A stretch of DNA of 64,000 nt from Octopus vulgaris (taxonomy: Eukaryota), in contig OX597817.1 in assembly GCA_951406725.2 (NCBI GenBank), positions 79,422,001 to 79,486,000 of the forward strand. Direction: 5' to 3'. This document shows, piece after piece, positions 56,290 to 64,000 of this stretch. The translations under genes were made by a program, and so were the position numbers. How positions within the stretch are numbered: position 1 is the first letter of the stretch; each line of letters begins with the position of its first letter. The notes under the pieces were generated by a model. The model made no database searches. It was not told the origin of the DNA and saw only the letters and a program-made list of their open reading frames with translations.

Positions 56290-57200
56290 GGTCACAAGGT
56301 CCTAAGACATTGAAGACAATGCGAAAGGACGAAATACAACACACAAAACGTAATGGATACAACGAAATATATAAAAATAACAGTCAGAGAAATGAATAGA
56401 TAAGTAAATAAATAAATAGAATTCACCAAGGATTATTCTAGGAAAACTCTACACAAAAAGACCTGGATTACTATGCTGTTCCCAAGGAAGAATGCTATCT
56501 TCCAGTTTCTTTCCTCTTACACAACATAGACAGAGTAGATCTATTCAGACTCGCTAGTTTTACTACTCTCATCCACCTTTCGATAAACACACTTAAAGGC
56601 AGTACCCCGCTTTCTACTACCCTCACCTTCTTCAAATGATTCTTAGAGAATCTGACGAGGACTTGGCTAGATAAGAATATGCCTGTTTACAAACCTTTCG
56701 CACGAATCTTGTCATAGCAACTAAATAAATAAGTCTACCTCTCTTCTTTGACAAAGAAAAGTGGTGCATCGATCTTCACTATACATCCGACAGACTGCCG
56801 GATTCGTCCTGCACGAGATAGCAGCTGTTAGACAAAACCCCACAAATTGCTACTACACGGACGTTTTCGTCCTTCTACATGGATCTTGGACAGGTTTGTT
56901 TGTTGGCTCTTTCTTCCCTCAAAACCTGTCTCGAATAGTTAATACCCAACCCCTCAAGCACTGCCATCCCAAGTTACGTTTGGAAGTTATCCATAGTCCC
57001 TGATCTGAAAGTCCTCGAGAAGAGACCGTTCGGACTGTTCTTGTCGATTTCCAGAGTGGATATCAGGCCAGCATCTCTCATATCCTCAAATGACGATGCT
57101 ATAGAAATCTTAAGCTGTTTTCTACTAACGGCGTTGTCCAGCTTGTATAATTCCGTAAGCTACTGGCAATAGCAACATTCTAACTGTTCACAATTAAATG
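56290..57200 (-). mobile_element. Tx1/L1-like LINE 3' fragment
   Basis: Reverse complement resembles 53870-53960 (gaaaggtttg..tatctagccaag..catttgaaga..gtag) and the 54590-54610 3' UTR. Confidence 0.6.
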
Positions 57201-57557
57201 ATTTCAGTAGGATTTCATTTCCCAAGGAACTATCAAAGACCTGTTGCAGCTATTTATAAATAAACCGAAGAAATGATATACTTATTACAAAGAAGAACAA
57301 AATCTAGTTGGATTTCTGATGAACAAAATTTTTATTCTTCCCGTAAACAAAGAACAAATGTTGTCGATACTACGAACGATAAAACGTCGAGAGAGTTTGA
57401 ATTTTATTCTTCTTGGTGTGATTGTAACAGCAGATAAAGCGTGGCTGGTTGCTTGCCGTGCTACTGACTTCTAATATCTTTCATCCTTTGACTGTTCATT
57501 GTCTTTGTTGACAGATCGGGTTCGCTGTGTCTACTAGCTATCTCCTAAGGTATCTGT

Positions 57558-57790
57558 CGGCGAGCTGGCAGAAACGTTAGCGCGCCGGGCGAACTGCTTA
57601 GCGGTATTTTGTCTGCCGCTACGTTCTGAGTTCAAATTCCGCCGAGGTCGACTTTACCTTTCATCCTTTCGGGGTTGATAAATTAAGTACCAGTTACGCA
57701 CTGGGGTCGATATAATCGACTTAATCCGTTTGTCTGTCCTTGTTTGTCCCGTGTGTGTAGCCCCTTGTGGGCAGTAAAGAAATAGGTATC
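57558..57790 (+). mobile_element. Young SINE family A copy
   Basis: CpG-rich near-consensus copy; TSD aggtatctgtc. Confidence 0.85.
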
Positions 57791-58306
57791 TGTCAATGCT
57801 CTTCCTGAAGTAGTTAAGGTGTGCTGAATTTATTTCATCAAAAAGATGAAATCGTTGCTAGAGCCCGTTCTAGGCGAAGTCATATTTTTTTTATCACGTG
57901 GGTAATATTCTAGCGAATCGCGACATCGGGTGTGATGATCTGAGAGCAGAATGTCCCCGCTACACGTTCATTACTTCTGGTTATAATTTTTTTTTGTTTC
58001 GTTTGGCAGAATTGTTAGAGCGTTATAAAAAATACTTTTCCAGTTCTTTATGTTCTGAGTTCAAATCACATCAAGGTCAACTTTGTCTTTCATTCTTTTA
58101 GGGGTCGAGGAAATTAAATATTAGTCATGTCCTGAAGTCAATGAGATAGAGGAACTCCACTTTTTAAACTTTTGAAATTGTTGACCTTTTGCATAAATCA
58201 GAAACTATTTTTAATATACTATTCTTTACACCCCAAGAATTTCTATTCTCACACACACATACACTCTCACAAACACATACACGTGCACACATACAGTCAC
58301 ACACAC

Positions 58307-58359
<53 letters not shown>

Positions 58360-58865
58360 AGTGTATATATGTATATATGTATGTGTGTTTATATCTATAT
58401 CTGGGAGTGTGTGTGTGTGATTTATGTACGAATCGATTAACATGAAACGTACTGTGCGATGGATCTTTTTGATAAACATACGATACGATTTTAGCCCCAT
58501 TATGGAAAATATGCAAAAAGGTTTAATCATGTTTTTATCTCTTTGTGGGCGGTAGAACAAGTGCGGGGGTTGGAGATCAAGCTGTCTGTGTTTTGGTCTT
58601 TTTAGATTTCCATCATAGGAAGATTGTCTAACTTCAGTTCATGGAGAGATTAGTAGCTTATAGTTGTTAACAGTGTATATATTTTATAGCAACAAGTCAT
58701 TTTAATTTGCGTAACGATGATCTGTTGACGGGTATTTCAAATTTATTGATACATTTAGTTTACACAGCAAGGCCAAAGTTTTGCCAATTTATCAAAGAGT
58801 ATATTTTGTCATGTCATACATTTCAAAACGTGGGTGTGTATATACATACATGTGGGGCGGGAGGG

Positions 58866-59150
58866 GGAGCGCATGGCCTAGCTGTTAGGGTGTAGCACTC
58901 ACGATCTAGCGATCATGATTTCAATTCCTGGACCGGGTGGTGCGTAGTGTTCTTGAGCAAAATACTTCGTCTCATGTTGCTCTGCAATCACTTCGATACC
59001 TGACGCGTGGTACACTGTGTACCTGTTCAGACAGCGCCGATTTGATGGAGGGAGTGAGCTAATGGGCAGTAGAAACATTTGATCACTATAAACAAATCAT
59101 TTGTGCAGGTCGTTCGGCAAAAGCTGAACGATCAATCGTCGTCTTCGACC
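58866..59150 (+). mobile_element. tRNA-derived SINE (family C-related)
   Basis: A/B box head catggcctagctgttagg..tttcaattcctggaccggg. Confidence 0.65.
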
Positions 59151-59352
59151 GATCCTTTTTCCAAGAAATCTAATGCTCGTAGCTTAGTTATTCCTTGGGG
59201 CTGGCCGGATCGGAGCGATCTCAAGATTAATCAGCCGAAATTGCTAGGATGATCCGGTTCTTGACTGAAGATTGAAGGCTTTGAATGTCCCGTCCGTGTT
59301 TTTTGTATCGTCTTCTAAATGTTTTACGTTCTTGTCCCAGTTTGTATTTTTC

Positions 59353-59395
<43 letters not shown>

Positions 59396-59489
59396 AGAAC
59401 AAGGTGTACGTACGCAGCTATATATATATTCAAAATACAAAATGAGACAAGAACGCAAAACATCGGGACAACTAGGTGATACAAAAAGC

Positions 59490-59815
59490 TTACGATCGTG
59501 AGGTTGTGAGTTCGAATCCCGGACCGGGCTGCGTGTTGTGTTCTTGAGCAAGATACTTTATTTCACGTAGCTCCAGTTCACTCAGTAGTAGAAATAAGTT
59601 GCGACGTCATTGGTGCCAAGCTGTATCGGCCCCTTTGCCTTTCCCTTGGATAACACTGGTTGCGTGGAAAGGGGAGGCCGGTATGCATGGGCGACTGTTG
59701 GCCTTCCATAAACAACCTTGCCTGACTTGGGCCTGGGAGGATAACTTTCTAGGTGCAATCCCATGGTCAGACCATGGGATTGCATCGAATTGCAGTCATG
59801 ACCGAAGGGGGTCTC
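59490..59815 (+). mobile_element. tRNA-derived SINE, 5' truncated
   Basis: B box gagttcgaatccc and ttcttgagcaag body. Confidence 0.65.
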
Positions 59816-59998
59816 AACATGCATGTGTGTGTGTGTGTATGTATGTATGTATGCATGTATTATGAATGTATGTATGTATGTATATGCGTATTTGTGTATG
59901 TGTGTATCTATGTCTGTCTGTCTGCATGGTGGCTGTCAACTGGATTACGCACATAAACATTTTCTTATTGCACGCATAAGTATTAAGGTTATATACAT

Positions 59999-60403
59999 TC
60001 TTTTATTCTTTTACTTGTTTCAGTCATTTGACTGCGGCCATGCTGGAACACCACCTTTAGTCGAGCAAATCGACCCCAGGACCTATTCTTTGTAAGCCTA
60101 GTACTTATTCTATCGGTCGCTTTCGTCGAACCGCTAAGTCACGGGGACGTAAACACACCAGCATCGGTTGTCAAGCGATGTTGGGGGGACAAACACAGAT
60201 ATACAAACATATACATACACATACATATATACATATATACGACGGGCTTCTTTCAGTTTCCGACTACCAAATCCACTCACAAGGCTTTGGTCGGCCCGAG
60301 GCTATAGTAGAAGACACTTGCCCAAAGTGCCACGCAGTGGAACTGAACCGGTAACCATGTGGTTGGTAAGCAAGCTACTTACCACACAGCCACTCCTGCG
60401 CCT
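59999..60403 (-). mobile_element. SINE family B copy
   Basis: Near-consensus reverse complement. Confidence 0.85.
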
Positions 60404-61078
60404 ATATATAAAATTCCCTTGTAGACTTACAGTGCTATCTATCATCTAATGTTTTACTAATTTTATTTCGTTTACTGTTTTCAAAGACTTACAACAACCC
60501 TTTTTTAAACGCTTGGTCAACCGACAAGAAAGTGTTTTTCTGATATGTCCTATGTAAGAGTTTTCCGCATCATATTCACAACTTCCTTGTCAGCATAAGC
60601 ATTTTCATTATGGCATAATTTTGCGAAGTACATTTCATGGATTACGAGTTTGTAGCTTCGAGTCGATAAGTGGGATTACCATTCCAGTGTAATATTCTAT
60701 TTTAACCATAATTTCATTGTTCTATATGATGCATACTTTTATCAAGTATTATACATTCTGTAACTAGGGTGCATTTAATTCTTGCAGTATTGTATACGGT
60801 GAGTGTGGTTTGTCTACTTTTAATAGGTAAAAAGACATCAGTTGTCTCTTCTTTGGGTAACTTCCATTCAATTTCTGTTGTTCTATGGTATTTTCTCCTC
60901 ATCTATTCGGGTACCCAGTGGAAACTAATATTTATCTTACACCATGATTTTCTTATTTAAAGGTTAACACACACACGTGTGTGTGTATCTACAAATATTC
61001 ATACATGTACGTATTTATATATATGCATGTATATATATACATATATACATATACATATATATACACATATATATGTGT

Positions 61079-61131
<53 letters not shown>

Positions 61132-61137
61132 CATACT

Positions 61138-61238
<101 letters not shown>

Positions 61239-62103
61239 AAACAGTATATCACTGGATGATAACAATCTTGTACTGATCTCCTTTAAATACTACTGTGAAC
61301 AATTACACACCCACACCCATTCGCAACAGGTTCCCGCACACAGGCGTATATACGCATTCACACACACATACGAAAAAGATTGATTTTGACAGTAGAAACA
61401 CACTCACAACACACCGGCATATGTATGTATGTATGCATGTATATATGTATGTATGTATTATGTATATACGTATACAAAAAGAAACTCAAGAATAATTATC
61501 TGGTATTTACTTCCTAGTATAAAGATATAACTTCCAGGTATCATCATATAGACACTGCTACACACATATACATAAAACCACATATACAAAACACCACATA
61601 TACGCAAAAACACGAACGCACTGACGCATCCATGCGCATACATACACATATGTCTTCACAGATGTGCATTCCTGCACACGCATATACATATATATAAAGC
61701 GCAAAAGTTCGTTATATGATGTGAAACACGTAGTTGGCAAAATCTGTCATATTTATAAATTTGTTTCATCTCGTTAATATGAATTCGTTTCCCATTATAT
61801 GAAGAAATCAGTAGCCACTGTAGTACTTTCAAGTCCTTTTGAAGTGATTTCCATTAATATGTGCCTAAAGTCATCTTTCTACTGGTTTTTGTGCCAGCTT
61901 TACCTTCCCACCGGCCATACGCGATACTAATACTTTCATTAATATAATGTTATTACCTAATCCAGCAAAATATCGGTGCAAATTATGTCACCCCAAAAGC
62001 AATAAGGAAACACGTTGAAAAAGCGACGTAGACAAAAAAAGAAAAACAAAAAAACAATAACACACACTCTGGGATATATATATATAAATATGTGTATATA
62101 TAC

Positions 62104-62146
<43 letters not shown>

Positions 62147-62378
62147 TAAATGCATATATATATAAATGCATATAGTCATGCACATGTATGTATGTATGTA
62201 TGTATCGATCAATATGTGTGTATGCATGTGTCTTTGTACGTACAATCGTATATAGATGGATGTGTATATATATTATAAATATATATATATATATAGATAG
62301 ATAGATAGATAGATACAGAGATGGAGGGAGAAAGAGAGTGAGGGACCGAGTATATATATATATGTATATATATGTATG

Positions 62379-62412
<34 letters not shown>

Positions 62413-63219
62413 TGCATACATATATATACTAGCGCATAAGATAATCCCCACGCACCTCCACTACCTTACCAAATCTGATCATTAGAACAATGATAAAGTA
62501 AAATAGAAAACCAGAGGACAATCTTTTACGTTCATGTGATTATCCATTTAGATGCAGTTTTTAATTAGTTTCTTCTGGTAGAATGCAGCTTGAAATATAC
62601 ACGTGTTGTTGGTTTGGTTGGGAATTAGGATTGCATTAACCAATGAAATTCGCTTTGGTTAATTTTGATCAGGGGGAAAATATTCCTTAGAGATGTCATC
62701 AGTGTTTTACCAAGCGAATATAAAAGCCGAGTACGTTTTGGAGAAGAGGAAAAATAAGTTCACTTGTGGAAAGCCGCAAAGATATGCAACAGAGTTGAGT
62801 GGACTGTGCTTGGAATGACATATGAACAAACATACATGATGTTTTCCGGGTTTAAAACTGTTGGGAAATTGTGGTTACTGTCGTTGTTGTTGTTGCTGTT
62901 GCTGTTGTTATTTAGACCATCGTCAATTCAGATTGTGCTGTTCTAATATCAAAAGTATTCCAGCCGTGACTACTTCGTCTTATTTACGACTAGATTATAC
63001 AACGAATAACTTATCTTTTATCCATAATACTCGTTTCAGTCGTTAGACTGCAGCCATGCTGGGGTACCGACTTGAGGAGTGTTTAGTCGAACAAATCGAC
63101 TTTAGTACTTTTTATCAAACCTGGTATTTTTCTATCGGTCTCTCTTGTGGAACTGCTAAGCTACGTGGATGTTAACAAACAACAATAGTTTCCAAGCGGT
63201 GGTAGTGGACACAGATACG

Positions 63220-63359
<140 letters not shown>

Positions 63360-63398
63360 TACGGGTACATATAGGCGGTGGTAGTGGACACAGATACG

Positions 63399-63514
<116 letters not shown>

Positions 63515-63526
63515 ATATATATATAT

Positions 63527-63682
63527 AGGGAGAGTTTACGAAAAAAACAAAAGACGAAGACAAGTGGTGTACAAAACAAACAAATGTATTAGTATAACGC
63601 TCAGGAATAGGAAAAAGTTTTTTACGTTTCAAGCCTACGCTCTTCTACAGAAAGGAACACAGAAAAAACAAGGAGAGAAATA

Positions 63683-63685
<3 letters not shown>
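63527..63685 (-). mobile_element. Penelope-derived short element with hammerhead, (TA)n on both sides
   Basis: Homologous to 13844-14000. Confidence 0.7.
63620..63654 (-). ncRNA. Minimal hammerhead motif, A6>U variant
   Basis: cUUU CUGUAGA A GAGC-guag-GCUU GAAA CG UA^ AAA; palindromic stem III ACGU. Confidence 0.65.
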
Positions 63686-63730
<45 letters not shown>

Positions 63731-64000
63731 GACGGGCTTCTTTCAATTTCCGTCCACGAAATCCACTCTCATGACTGTGGTCGGCCCGAGATTATAGTAG
63801 AAGACACTTGACCACGGTGCCACACAATAGGACAGAACATGGAACCATGTGATTGGGAAGCAGACATCTTACAACTTAGCCACGCCTGCCCCTTTATTTA
63901 CTTTTTTAAAGTCTAGTACTTATTCTATAGGTCTTTTGTCGACCCATTAGGTTACTGGGGCATAAATACACAATCAACAAAAATAATGTGACCCCTTAGA

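Overview
AT-rich, microsatellite-saturated eukaryotic DNA with no confidently identifiable host protein-coding gene. The SINE repertoire and repeat style look like an octopus/cephalopod intron or intergenic region (inference from recall, not a search). Almost all listed ORFs are microsatellite artefacts. The window holds several tRNA-derived SINE families, decayed LINE pieces (Penelope GIY-YIG, Tx1/L1, RTE, HERO, CR1-like), Tc1/mariner fragments, two non-autonomous Helitrons and hAT/Merlin/piggyBac-like MITEs. The most striking signal is a set of about ten minimal type-I hammerhead ribozyme (HHR) motifs from several distinct short non-coding element families. They mostly abut (TA)n-type microsatellites, mostly have the cleavage site about 85-120 nt from the element 3' end, and in three cases form large palindromes (23.1-23.5 kb, 33.6-35.1 kb, 40.5-41.5 kb) with one outward-facing ribozyme per arm. 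A decayed Penelope-like element lies at 38.5-40.1 kb. SINE/LINE boundaries are approximate and all alignments were done by eye.
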